From an uncultured Desulfobulbaceae bacterium (GTDB lineage: Bacteria; Desulfobacterota; Dissulfuribacteria; Dissulfuribacterales; DYLC01), in the NCBI GenBank assembly GCA_964427245.1, contig CAYRSX010000023.1, positions 6,268 through 70,267 of the forward strand: a stretch of 64,000 nt of DNA, given 5' to 3'. The notes beneath the pieces were generated by a model. It saw only the letters and a program-made list of their open reading frames with translations, did no database searches and was not told the DNA's origin. A program made the translations under genes and the position numbers. Shown piece by piece: positions 28,180 to 37,273 of this stretch. Every line of letters begins with the position of its first letter. Positions within the stretch are counted from its first letter, which is position 1.

Positions 28180-29361
28180 ATGTCCACAGAACGCAGACTG
28201 CTGCCGAGAGACTCACTAAAGACGCCGCTTTCAGGCCGACATAGCGCACAGTCTATTCCATCTGCTGTGGAATCGGCCACAAATACCAATCTCTCACAGG
28301 TTATCTCCATCTTCGGCCATGAACTCATAGACTTCTCATCCAACGATTATATGGGTCTTGCCCGCGAGGCATGCCTGATGGAAGGCGCTGTCGAGTCCAT
28401 GAAGCTCTGGGGCATGAGTGCCACAGGCTCCAGACTTATGAGCGGAGACCTTCAGCTTCATCACACTCTGGAGGCCGAACTGGCACAGTTCAAGGGTACG
28501 GAAGCGGCTCTGCTCTTTGGAACTGGCTATCTGGCAAATATAGGGGCTATTACAGCCTTAATAAACAGAAACGACGTGATAATAGCAGACAAGCTGGTGC
28601 ATGCAAGCATCATAGACGGCATTTTACTTTCAAAGGCAAAATACCATCGTTTTAGACACAACGACACGGAACACCTGCAAGAACTCCTCTCAATCCATGC
28701 AACAGGTGGGAAAACAGTCTGGATAGTAGCGGAAACCCTGTACAGCATGGACGGCGACATTGCGCCAGTCCAGGCACTTATCACCCTTAAAAAACACTAT
28801 AATGCCCATCTATTTCTGGATGAAGCCCACGCCATAGGCGTGTTCGGTGAAAATAGCGAAGGCATTGTCTCCCAAAAAGCCGCTCCCAACGTGGATGTGC
28901 TCATCGGCACCTTCGGAAAGGCCTTCGGTAGCTTCGGAGCATTTGCGGCCTGTTCAAATTCCGTAAAACATCAATTGATCAATCACGCCCGTTCCTTTAT
29001 CTTTTCCACCGCCCTTCCACCGGCCATAGTGGGAGCGAATTTGACGGCCTTGAGGCTCATACCCCGACTCACTGAACGGCGTAAACGGCTCAAAGAGAAC
29101 ATGACCCTCTTGGCCACCCTTCTTAAAAGGGAATTAGGCATTATGGCACATGGTCAATCCCAGATCGTCCCCATTATAATAGGCGAAAATCAGCGATGTC
29201 TTCAAGTGGCTCAAGATCTGATGAAATACGGTTTTTATGTAAAAGCCATTCGCCCCCCCACTGTACCCAAAGGCAGTGCAAGGCTGCGCATCTCTCTTAC
29301 CGCTCTGCATACAAATCAAGACATTCATGAATTGGTAAAGGCCTTGAAAGATGTACTCTAA
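28180..29361 (+). CDS. bioF: 8-amino-7-oxononanoate synthase
   Basis: Contains DFSSNDYMGL, DEAHA and the PLP-Lys context GTFGKAFGSFGA. Start taken at MSTERRL; the track ORF (28156) overlaps the kinase stop. Confidence 0.85.
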   Translation: MSTERRLLPRDSLKTPLSGRHSAQSIPSAVESATNTNLSQVISIFGHELIDFSSNDYMGLAREACLMEGAVESMKLWGMSATGSRLMSGDLQLHHTLEAELAQFKGTEAALLFGTGYLANIGAITALINRNDVIIADKLVHASIIDGILLSKAKYHRFRHNDTEHLQELLSIHATGGKTVWIVAETLYSMDGDIAPVQALITLKKHYNAHLFLDEAHAIGVFGENSEGIVSQKAAPNVDVLIGTFGKAFGSFGAFAACSNSVKHQLINHARSFIFSTALPPAIVGANLTALRLIPRLTERRKRLKENMTLLATLLKRELGIMAHGQSQIVPIIIGENQRCLQVAQDLMKYGFYVKAIRPPTVPKGSARLRISLTALHTNQDIHELVKALKDVL

Positions 29362-30010
29362 TTTTCCACTGCTTCTCATATCAGGCATGGGCTTCTGCCC
29401 AGAGATATTTCAAGACATTATTCCAAAAAATCGAAAGAGTTATGCTGTAGGTCCGCTGACACAAGACAGTTTAGGTGAAATGGAACGGCTTTTAGCGCAG
29501 ACAGCACTCAAAGGCTGTCATGTGCTGGGCTGGTCCTTGGGCGGCCTGCTGGCACTGGAGCTCAAACGGCGTATGCCACATGTAGTACGCAAAATCATAT
29601 TGATAGCCGTTCGAGATGGTTTCCCTTCCCAAGAGATTGAAGAGCAGAAAAAAGCGGCTGAATCTGATCTGTCTGATTATCTGCGCCGTCTCTACAAAAA
29701 GTGCTTCATCGGCCAAAAAGAGGCGTATAAATGGTTTCAAGACACACTACAACCTGATTTTTTGCAAAGAATCCCATTAAAAGACGTGCTTTGGGGACTT
29801 AAATATCTGTCATCACATTCGCCTGAAACAGAGAAACTAAACGGCGAGGAGCTCCTGATGTGTTACGGCACAAAGGATATCATAGCACCGCCGAATTGTA
29901 TGCCTAAAATGCCTGTGGGCGCAAAGATATATGTACTCGAAACCGGACATCTGCCGTTTTTACACCAGGATTTCTTGAAGATTATGATGAATTTTTTGAC
30001 TACAAATTAA
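29351..30010 (+). CDS. alpha/beta hydrolase, BioH-like pimeloyl-ACP methyl ester esterase
   Basis: 219 aa with nucleophile elbow GWSLGG and a C-terminal His (ETGHLPF). Sits between bioF and bioC. Confidence 0.65.
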   Translation: MYSNFPLLLISGMGFCPEIFQDIIPKNRKSYAVGPLTQDSLGEMERLLAQTALKGCHVLGWSLGGLLALELKRRMPHVVRKIILIAVRDGFPSQEIEEQKKAAESDLSDYLRRLYKKCFIGQKEAYKWFQDTLQPDFLQRIPLKDVLWGLKYLSSHSPETEKLNGEELLMCYGTKDIIAPPNCMPKMPVGAKIYVLETGHLPFLHQDFLKIMMNFLTTN

Positions 30011-30012
30011 AC

Positions 30013-30894
30013 ATGACATCTACTTTGAAACAAGCCGTTTGTAAGTCATTTTCTCGTGCGGTTGATACCTATGAATCCTGGGCATCTGTACAAAAAGAGG
30101 TGGCTGAACTCTTGTGGGCGGAACTGCCTGCAATCACACCACACCAGATTTTGGAAATCGGCTGCGGCACAGGGCTCTACACAGCGCTTCTCATACAACG
30201 CTTTACGCAAAGCCGCATCATCACACTGGACATTTCGCTTGCCATGACAAGACATGCCGAAGCCAATCTGAAACTACAATTACAAGAATACCCCTTTTCA
30301 TCTGAGATGCAGACCGTCTCCTTTTTGTGTGCAGATGGAGAGGCACTGCCATTCTCTTTTCGCAAGTCAAGTTTTGATCTCATTACCTCCAACAGCGTCT
30401 TTCACTGGTTTCAAACACCATCGAAGTCCATTCGAGCCGCTTATGACCTGTTGACCACAAACGGTGTTCTTCACTTCTCATATTTTGGGCCGCAAAGTTT
30501 GGCAAAGCTTCAGCATGCCATGAACCGCGCAGGTTTTGATGTCTCTCACCTGGCAGCCACGAATTTCTTGAACAAAGAACGGCTGTTCCAGATGCTATGC
30601 AGCATATCACCTCATGTTCGACTGAAAGAGGTTATACTCACTCGCAGATATGACAATCTGTTGCACCTGCTGAAGACGCTTAAGCTGACAGGAGTAACAC
30701 CTACGGCCAAGCCAAACGCAATGCAATCGCAGGAACCGTCATGCTACAATGTCAGGCCGAAGCCAAAAGGCCCGCTTCGCATAGGCCGTAATGGGCTTGA
30801 ACGAATAGAACAGGCATATCTTCAAGAATATGGCGCAGTTTATGCCAGCTATCAGGTCTTTCTTTGCACACTGCACAAGGGGAAATGCATTTAA
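30013..30894 (+). CDS. bioC: malonyl-ACP O-methyltransferase
   Basis: 293 aa. SAM motif LEIGCGTGLYT, BioC-like N-terminus (FSRAVDTYESWASVQ), and bio cluster context. Confidence 0.75.
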   Translation: MTSTLKQAVCKSFSRAVDTYESWASVQKEVAELLWAELPAITPHQILEIGCGTGLYTALLIQRFTQSRIITLDISLAMTRHAEANLKLQLQEYPFSSEMQTVSFLCADGEALPFSFRKSSFDLITSNSVFHWFQTPSKSIRAAYDLLTTNGVLHFSYFGPQSLAKLQHAMNRAGFDVSHLAATNFLNKERLFQMLCSISPHVRLKEVILTRRYDNLLHLLKTLKLTGVTPTAKPNAMQSQEPSCYNVRPKPKGPLRIGRNGLERIEQAYLQEYGAVYASYQVFLCTLHKGKCI

Positions 30895-30903
30895 GCACCG
30901 TTA

Positions 30904-33165
30904 TTACCAGACTCCACGCATGCCCAACTCCTTGCGTACCGCATCTACTCTACGCTCCAGATCCACACGCCATGTGGCATGTATGCGAGCGGCAGGCGGA
31001 GGAATGAGTTCCGGCAGACCATAGACCAGCTTGTCAGCCACCTGGCTGGTCTCTATCACCGCCTCCATGGAGCGGGCACCAAACTTATAATCCGCCAATA
31101 AAAGACGCAAAAGCAGACCAGATGTCTTTCTGGCCGCCTTCTTCCAGTGGCTGTTCATCTGGTGTGCTATGATCAGGGCGCGTTTCATTAAAATACGCTC
31201 TAACTCTTCCAGTTCCTCCATCGTAGTAGAATCCCGCAAGAGCCGATCAGGAATCTCTATGCCGTCTATATCCAGAACCACTCTCAGTCTGCTCATGAAA
31301 TCCGGAATTTTGAGTGTTTTAATCATCTGTAGAGTAGCTGCATCGCTCTCTGTCAAGACATTCATCATATCGTTCCATGAGTTCTTAACGCCACCCGCAA
31401 ACACAAAAATAGACCTACCTATGTAGCGCGGGGTACCATGCACATATGTAACACCGTCCTGCATGGCAGGCAGAAAATAGCGCAGATAGCCGAACTCATC
31501 TCCAGCATAACGGCAGTCAAACTCATCCCAAAAGGCGATGGGGATCTTGCCTTTTGCAACGGACGCCCTCACGAGATCTATAGCGGCATTTATCTCTTCA
31601 GGCCCCGTAAACTGCGTCAGATTAAACTGGAAAAAGTCAAAAGGATTGACAATAAACCTGCGAGAAATAACTCGAGCCACCTCCTCCACAGAAAAAGACT
31701 TACCAGAACCAGGAGGTCCAAACACACCAATACAAAGGGGCCGTTTATAATTCTCCTTGCTGATATAGCTGTCTATCACATTGTATAGGGTGATAACCGG
31801 TTCGATCTCAACGGGATCTATAGTTTTCAAATTACCGAGCTGAAACATACGCAACCGCTTGAAACCGTTCTTAAGATTAACCTCATCCTTCAAATGGCCT
31901 AATATTTTTAAAATTACATCAAAATATGGAGGATATATGCTTCTTTTCTTTTCAGGCAAGCAACAAATCTGAGTTGGATGAGAGAGAAACCTCCTGAGAG
32001 CCGCCTTGCGTTCACGAGTCCACTCTTGGCTGGAAAGCAACTCCAGTGTCTTATCCAGTTCAGGTGCAGGAGGATGGAATTCAAAGAAATATTGGTCATC
32101 TCCTCGATCTATCAAACTACATGGAACACCGCCAGGATATGTCTCTTTGAAATCTATATTAGGAAACTCCAGGCTATCACTGAAATAATAACCATAATTA
32201 AATATTTGAAACCAATTAGTCAAAGTACGCTTGGAAAAATCGAATATGTATTCACGTTGTACTGGCACACAGCCAAGGCGAAGGCTGTCGATAGCCAGCA
32301 TAGCAACTGGCATGGTGTCATAACAAGGCACAGACCCCTTATCCCGAACAGCTCCTCTGTCAGGTCTCACTCCTCTTCCATATCGATGTCTAAAAAACAT
32401 CCTCTCAGGTGTGATGAAGAGGATGCCACCAGGATACATCTCCACTACAATATTACAACGAAAGCGATTGGCCGAAAAATCAAAGAGCCCTACCTCAGGG
32501 TTCTTGAGCCCTCTAATAGTCATGGCGATGATGGTCTCCCACAAAATGGCACTGTCCATCTCCATGCGCGTGGTCTCCAGGTCTGAACGTCTGCAAAAGA
32601 GCGTAAATCTCTCCCCGAAGTGGTCTGCCCAACACTCCCAACGAGCTGCGCTGATGCCTAAGGCCAAAACCCACGCATTTGGATTTAAACGCTTCAGTTC
32701 ATCCGCAACTTTAGGTGGGCTGCCTCCGTCATCCACAATGATTATGCCGTCATTGTCTTGCAATTTGTGTTGATTCTCAGGAGAAAACTTTAACTCATCC
32801 GGATCTGCATGCCTACCACCAGGCGGCAATATCTGATGCACCATGAACCAACCATGGCCGATGTCAGATGTCTCATTAAAAGCAGTCTTGCGAAAAAGCT
32901 GAAATATATCCTTTTGTGCACCATATGTGACAATATTTATCTCCGGCGTCAACTCAGTATGAGTCAAAAAAGATGACAACCATGTGAGACACTCCTCCAC
33001 ACGGCCATCTACCACCATTACATTTCCGGCCAGAAGCTCGATAAAATCCCCGGGATTGTAACCATAGGCAGGAAGACTACCCTGAGCCAACAGACTCACT
33101 TCCTTGACCGGCAGGTTGGTGACACGCGCATTGGAACCCATGATTAACAATTTATTGGCTTGCAT
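30904..33165 (-). CDS. large orphan protein: unrecognised ~450 aa N-terminal region plus C-terminal AAA-like P-loop ATPase
   Basis: Start taken at MQANKLLIMGS (GAGGTG 6 nt upstream). Walker A is GVFGPPGSGKSF and Walker B is IAFWDEFD. The track ORF start (33204) lies inside a terminator hairpin. Confidence 0.7.
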   Translation of the reverse strand: MQANKLLIMGSNARVTNLPVKEVSLLAQGSLPAYGYNPGDFIELLAGNVMVVDGRVEECLTWLSSFLTHTELTPEINIVTYGAQKDIFQLFRKTAFNETSDIGHGWFMVHQILPPGGRHADPDELKFSPENQHKLQDNDGIIIVDDGGSPPKVADELKRLNPNAWVLALGISAARWECWADHFGERFTLFCRRSDLETTRMEMDSAILWETIIAMTIRGLKNPEVGLFDFSANRFRCNIVVEMYPGGILFITPERMFFRHRYGRGVRPDRGAVRDKGSVPCYDTMPVAMLAIDSLRLGCVPVQREYIFDFSKRTLTNWFQIFNYGYYFSDSLEFPNIDFKETYPGGVPCSLIDRGDDQYFFEFHPPAPELDKTLELLSSQEWTRERKAALRRFLSHPTQICCLPEKKRSIYPPYFDVILKILGHLKDEVNLKNGFKRLRMFQLGNLKTIDPVEIEPVITLYNVIDSYISKENYKRPLCIGVFGPPGSGKSFSVEEVARVISRRFIVNPFDFFQFNLTQFTGPEEINAAIDLVRASVAKGKIPIAFWDEFDCRYAGDEFGYLRYFLPAMQDGVTYVHGTPRYIGRSIFVFAGGVKNSWNDMMNVLTESDAATLQMIKTLKIPDFMSRLRVVLDIDGIEIPDRLLRDSTTMEELEELERILMKRALIIAHQMNSHWKKAARKTSGLLLRLLLADYKFGARSMEAVIETSQVADKLVYGLPELIPPPAARIHATWRVDLERRVDAVRKELGMRGVW

Positions 33166-33176
33166 TACAACACCTC

Positions 33177-33217
33177 GCAAAAAAATAAAAATGCGGGACA
33201 CCACAAAGATATCCCGC
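33177..33217 (-). terminator. rho-independent terminator between OMP gene and AAA gene
   Basis: Minus strand reads GCGGGA(UAU)-CUUUGUG-(GUG)UCCCGC followed by ATTTTTATTTTTTT. The U-tract ends directly at the GAGGTG Shine-Dalgarno of the downstream gene. Confidence 0.7.
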
Positions 33218-33251
33218 TTAAAACAAGAAATAAATACCTCAAAAATAAAAA

Positions 33252-34196
33252 TTAAAACTTCAAAGTGAACATCGCATCAACCAGGATGCGATCCTGCATC
33301 ATGCCATCTGCATCATCTGTAAGAGGAAACTCATAAGCAGCACCCAAATCCACCCACTCATTGACCTTGAAACGGGCGCCAAGGGCCAACGTCACCATAT
33401 CTCTGTTGTCATCATTGTGTTTACCGCCTAAATTAATAATATCACAGCCATTAAATCTTGCGATGCCAGCAACCAAATCATCCTCTTGATGGGTTCCAAG
33501 GGCACCCAACCCCGCTGCAGGCACAGATCTATCTCCGGCATTCAACACATGCAAGTGATTGAGTTCGATAAGTGGATGGAACCAAGGCGTTACTGCATAA
33601 CTTACGTGCCATGAATCATAAAAAAGGGTGTTTTCTTCATCACTATCCACAGGCAGCACAAAACCAAGGGCACCAGAGAACTGAAACCCATTGAAACCCT
33701 TAAGGAATAAAATGCTCGGGTTAATATTGCCATCTCCATTCCCTTGAAACACCTGATCACTTCCGGTTGTACTCTCATACACTAGACGACCTGTCATTAT
33801 AAAATCCTGATCAGGCATGTACAAAAACGAATACTGAAGCCCGGCAGCAATATCCGCCCACCCATCGTGGCTGTTTAATGTGTTATCTGGATTGCAATCC
33901 ACATAACCGTCCTTGACCGCCACAATAGACATACGCTCATTTATAGCATAACTGGCCTGTACGGCAAATCCGTTCACATAACCGCCTACAGGCACCTTGC
34001 CTACAATACTATTCACCTTATCAGGAAGATTCTGATATAAGTAAATAGGCCGCACCATCGTCACATTGCGGGCGTCGCCGTCATAAACCGGGTTGGTGAT
34101 GGGCATGACATACTTATCAAATGTACCAGCCATTGCAGAAGATGCAAAAAGCGCCAAACCAACACTCAAACCAACAGACACACTTTGTTTCAACAT
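33252..34196 (-). CDS. outer-membrane beta-barrel protein (MetA/phenol-degradation-like transporter family, tentative)
   Basis: 314 aa. Signal peptide ...ASSAMA, alternating amphipathic strands, and a C-terminal ...MFTLKF (terminal Phe). Confidence 0.6.
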   Translation of the reverse strand: MLKQSVSVGLSVGLALFASSAMAGTFDKYVMPITNPVYDGDARNVTMVRPIYLYQNLPDKVNSIVGKVPVGGYVNGFAVQASYAINERMSIVAVKDGYVDCNPDNTLNSHDGWADIAAGLQYSFLYMPDQDFIMTGRLVYESTTGSDQVFQGNGDGNINPSILFLKGFNGFQFSGALGFVLPVDSDEENTLFYDSWHVSYAVTPWFHPLIELNHLHVLNAGDRSVPAAGLGALGTHQEDDLVAGIARFNGCDIINLGGKHNDDNRDMVTLALGARFKVNEWVDLGAAYEFPLTDDADGMMQDRILVDAMFTLKF

Positions 34197-34290
34197 AACT
34201 ACTCTCCTTTCTGTTATTTTTTTAGAAAGCCCTAAAAACTCTCATTCCATTTACACTACCTAACTAAATAATCTGCCAACAATTTTATTA

Positions 34291-35316
34291 TCAATACGCC
34301 TCTTCGTATGCCAGATCCTTTTCAGTCACCTTGCCGCCCAGGAACAGATATACCCATGTCTGATAGGCAATAACTATAGGTACCATAATCAAGGCAACCA
34401 CCAGCATGATCTTGAGAGTCAACTGACTGGCTGCGGCATTTTGAATGGTGATGCTGTAGTCCGCATTGAGACTGGACGGTAGAAGTCTTGGAAACAGGCC
34501 GGCTACGCCGAAAAACGTCACGAAAACAATGGTCAAAGCCGAGCTGATCCATGCCTTCAGCCATGCAGCCTGCCTTATGAATATGAAGGTGGCCAGCAAG
34601 GCCAACACTGCAACAATAGGAATAAGCCACAGCAAAGGCGCCTTGAAGTAATTGTTGAAGAGATCGGTTACGACCAAAGTAAAGGCTAAAAACAACACCG
34701 CCACCACCAAAAGCACGGGCCACAGCTTTTTGGCCATAGCGCCCGCCCTTTGCTGCAGGTCTCCTTCAGATTTGACAGCCAGCCACAGGCTGCCATGCAC
34801 CAAAAAGAGCAGCAAAAAGAGCACACCGCCTGCCAGACCATAAGGATTTAGCAAGGTAAACAGCCCACCCTGAAATACACCGTTTTGATCGATTGGCACC
34901 CCCTCGAAAATGTTGGCAAATGCCACACCTAAAAGCAACGCCGGCAAAAAACTACCGATGACCATGGCCGTATCCCACAGAGAACGCCAGCCAGCGGAAT
35001 CCACTTTATTTCTAAACTCGAAGCAGACTCCACGAATAATCAGGGCAAAGAGCAGCAAAAGAAGTGCTGAATAAAGGCCATTGAACATTACGGCATATGC
35101 CACAGGAAACGCAGCAAAGGTAGCACCACCTGCAGTGATGAGCCAAACCTCATTTCCATCCCAGAACGGCCCCATAGAGTTATAGATGATACGGCGATCT
35201 GTTTCGTTTTTAGAAAGCACTGGCAGCAATGTACCAAGCCCCAGATCGAAACCGTCCAACATGAAATAAACAGCCCACAAAACACCCCAGAGTATAAACC
35301 AGATGGTCTCAAGCAT
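34291..35316 (-). CDS. cydB: cytochrome bd ubiquinol oxidase subunit II
   Basis: 341 aa polytopic protein. N-terminus is MLETIWFILWGVLWAVYFMLDGFDLGLG. Confidence 0.9.
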   Translation of the reverse strand: MLETIWFILWGVLWAVYFMLDGFDLGLGTLLPVLSKNETDRRIIYNSMGPFWDGNEVWLITAGGATFAAFPVAYAVMFNGLYSALLLLLFALIIRGVCFEFRNKVDSAGWRSLWDTAMVIGSFLPALLLGVAFANIFEGVPIDQNGVFQGGLFTLLNPYGLAGGVLFLLLFLVHGSLWLAVKSEGDLQQRAGAMAKKLWPVLLVVAVLFLAFTLVVTDLFNNYFKAPLLWLIPIVAVLALLATFIFIRQAAWLKAWISSALTIVFVTFFGVAGLFPRLLPSSLNADYSITIQNAAASQLTLKIMLVVALIMVPIVIAYQTWVYLFLGGKVTEKDLAYEEAY

Positions 35317-35334
35317 AGAATCATTCCTCCTTTT

Positions 35335-36636
35335 TTAATGTACAGGCCCTTTGCGGGCATATTTGGTCAATAGATAAAAATCGATTATGCCGAGAATCGA
35401 GTAAAAGACTACAAATGCTGTAAGAGAAACAGCTACTTGGCCTACATCCAGAATGGAAACGGCATCCGCTGTTTTCATAAGGCCATAGACAATCCATGGT
35501 TGCCTGCCCACCTCAGCCACAACCCAACCCAACTCACTGGCTATATAAGGCAGCGGAATGGCATAGATAAAAAGTTTCAAGAGACCGCTTTGATTCTCTA
35601 TGTCACGACGTTTGAGCCAACCAAACCCTGCTATGAAGATAAATAGAAATCCAAGCCCCACCATGAGTCTAAACGACCAGAAGGTAGTCATTACAGGAGG
35701 TCTTTCAGAGGCTGGAAAGTCCTTTAGCCCCTTGACCGTTGCAGAGGTATCGTGATGTGCCAGCATGCTGAGCATGCCCGGAATAGGAATGGCCTGAATG
35801 CTGTTTCGCTCGTTTGCAGGGTCTGGAATCTGAAGTAGATACATGGGAACACTAGCAGCAGTCTCCCAGTGAGACTCCATGGCAGCCAGTTTGACCGGCT
35901 GCGTCTCCGCCACTTCGGCTCCGTGGAGGTGGCCGTTAAATGCCTCAAACAAAGCAAAAATCAGGGCAAATGTCACTGCCACATTGAAGGATTTCTTGAA
36001 GAACTGCACCTCGTTTTTACGAAGCAGATGGTAGCCGCATACCCCCATCACAAAGAAACCTGAAAGGATATATGCCCCAGAAACAGTATGCAAAAACTCA
36101 AGCACAGCAAATTTGTTTGTTATCACCACCCCAAAATCCACCAATTCGGCCCTGCCGTTTCGAATGGCGTAACCAACTGGATGCTGCATCCAGCCGTTGG
36201 CTATGAGAATCCATAGAGCAGAGATATTGGATGCAATGGCCACCAGCCAGATGAATAAGGCATGAGTCTTGGGTTTTACCTTGTTCCATGTGAAAAGCCA
36301 TACTCCAATAAATGTGGACTCCAGATAAAAGGCCAAAGTAGCTTCAATGGCCAACAAAGAACCAAAGATATCACCCACATATTTGGAATAACGCGACCAG
36401 TTGGTCCCGAACTGAAACTCCAGAGTGATACCAGTCACCACGCCCAGAGCGAAGTTTATGAGAAAGAGCTTACCCCAAAACTTCGCCGCCCGCTTGTAGT
36501 CCTCATCCCCGGTTCTGACATACATGGTCTCGTAGATGGCGGTGAGAACGGAAAGCCCCAAAGTCAGGGGCACAAAAAGAAAATGAAACATACTAGCCGC
36601 AGCGAACTGCAACCTGGACAACATCAAAACATCCAT
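35335..36636 (-). CDS. cydA: cytochrome bd ubiquinol oxidase subunit I
   Basis: 433 aa. MDVLMLSRLQFAAASMFHFLFVPLTLGL and a GWVVAEVGRQPW motif. Confidence 0.9.
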   Translation of the reverse strand: MDVLMLSRLQFAAASMFHFLFVPLTLGLSVLTAIYETMYVRTGDEDYKRAAKFWGKLFLINFALGVVTGITLEFQFGTNWSRYSKYVGDIFGSLLAIEATLAFYLESTFIGVWLFTWNKVKPKTHALFIWLVAIASNISALWILIANGWMQHPVGYAIRNGRAELVDFGVVITNKFAVLEFLHTVSGAYILSGFFVMGVCGYHLLRKNEVQFFKKSFNVAVTFALIFALFEAFNGHLHGAEVAETQPVKLAAMESHWETAASVPMYLLQIPDPANERNSIQAIPIPGMLSMLAHHDTSATVKGLKDFPASERPPVMTTFWSFRLMVGLGFLFIFIAGFGWLKRRDIENQSGLLKLFIYAIPLPYIASELGWVVAEVGRQPWIVYGLMKTADAVSILDVGQVAVSLTAFVVFYSILGIIDFYLLTKYARKGPVH

Positions 36637-36766
36637 AGGCCTTGCCTCCTTAAAATAAAAGAATTATTGTCTCAGCCTGTTACACCGACTCATACCTAAA
36701 AATGAGTGATAACCGGCTGTGTTGCACAAAAAACACGATACACTCCATTGAAACTGCAGCGAACCA

Positions 36767-36976
36767 CTACGAAATAACGTCCTGGCAGGCACATGCCACA
36801 GACGCCTGTCTTTTGCGCTCCAATTCCTGTTTGATGCGATAGGCCGAGTCTCGAATGATGCTGAAAAGCAGATGGCAATTGTCATGCTGGCAGAATTCAT
36901 TTCCTTCATCCGCCAAAATGATCATGTCAGTCACCAGCTTTAAAACCTTTTTAAAAAGTTCCTGCTCGGTTGGCAT
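36767..36976 (-). CDS. small Cys-containing hypothetical protein upstream of cydA
   Basis: 69 aa helical-looking ORF (MPTEQELFKKVLKLVTDMIILADEG...) with C29, C34, C61 and C63. A weak SD (GAGGG) lies 10 nt upstream. It is on the same strand as cydA and 130 nt before it. Confidence 0.35.
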   Translation of the reverse strand: MPTEQELFKKVLKLVTDMIILADEGNEFCQHDNCHLLFSIIRDSAYRIKQELERKRQASVACACQDVIS

Positions 36977-37273
36977 AAATACACGGCCCTCACAGTTTTA
37001 TAGATAACGGCATTACATTGTTACTGACTGTTACATTCAAATATAATGCCAATCAAGACTGGTTTTGCAGACAATAACTTATTGATATCATTGAACAAAT
37101 TTATAATTTTTTTAACAAAAACCCTTAAATTACTTTATAAATGTCTCATTCTGTATTAAATGTATCATATTGAGACACGAATGAGCCTGATACACTTAAT
37201 ACACGCAGAAACAAAAAAAGAGGCCGATTAGGCCCCTTTAAAAGTTATAAATATAACGTTTAATCTCTAATGA

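Noticed and set aside
33166-33204. 13-codon N-terminal extension of the AAA protein (MVSRIFIFLRGVV)
   Set aside because: These codons are the terminator hairpin and U-tract read as protein. The downstream ATG at 33165 has a proper SD.
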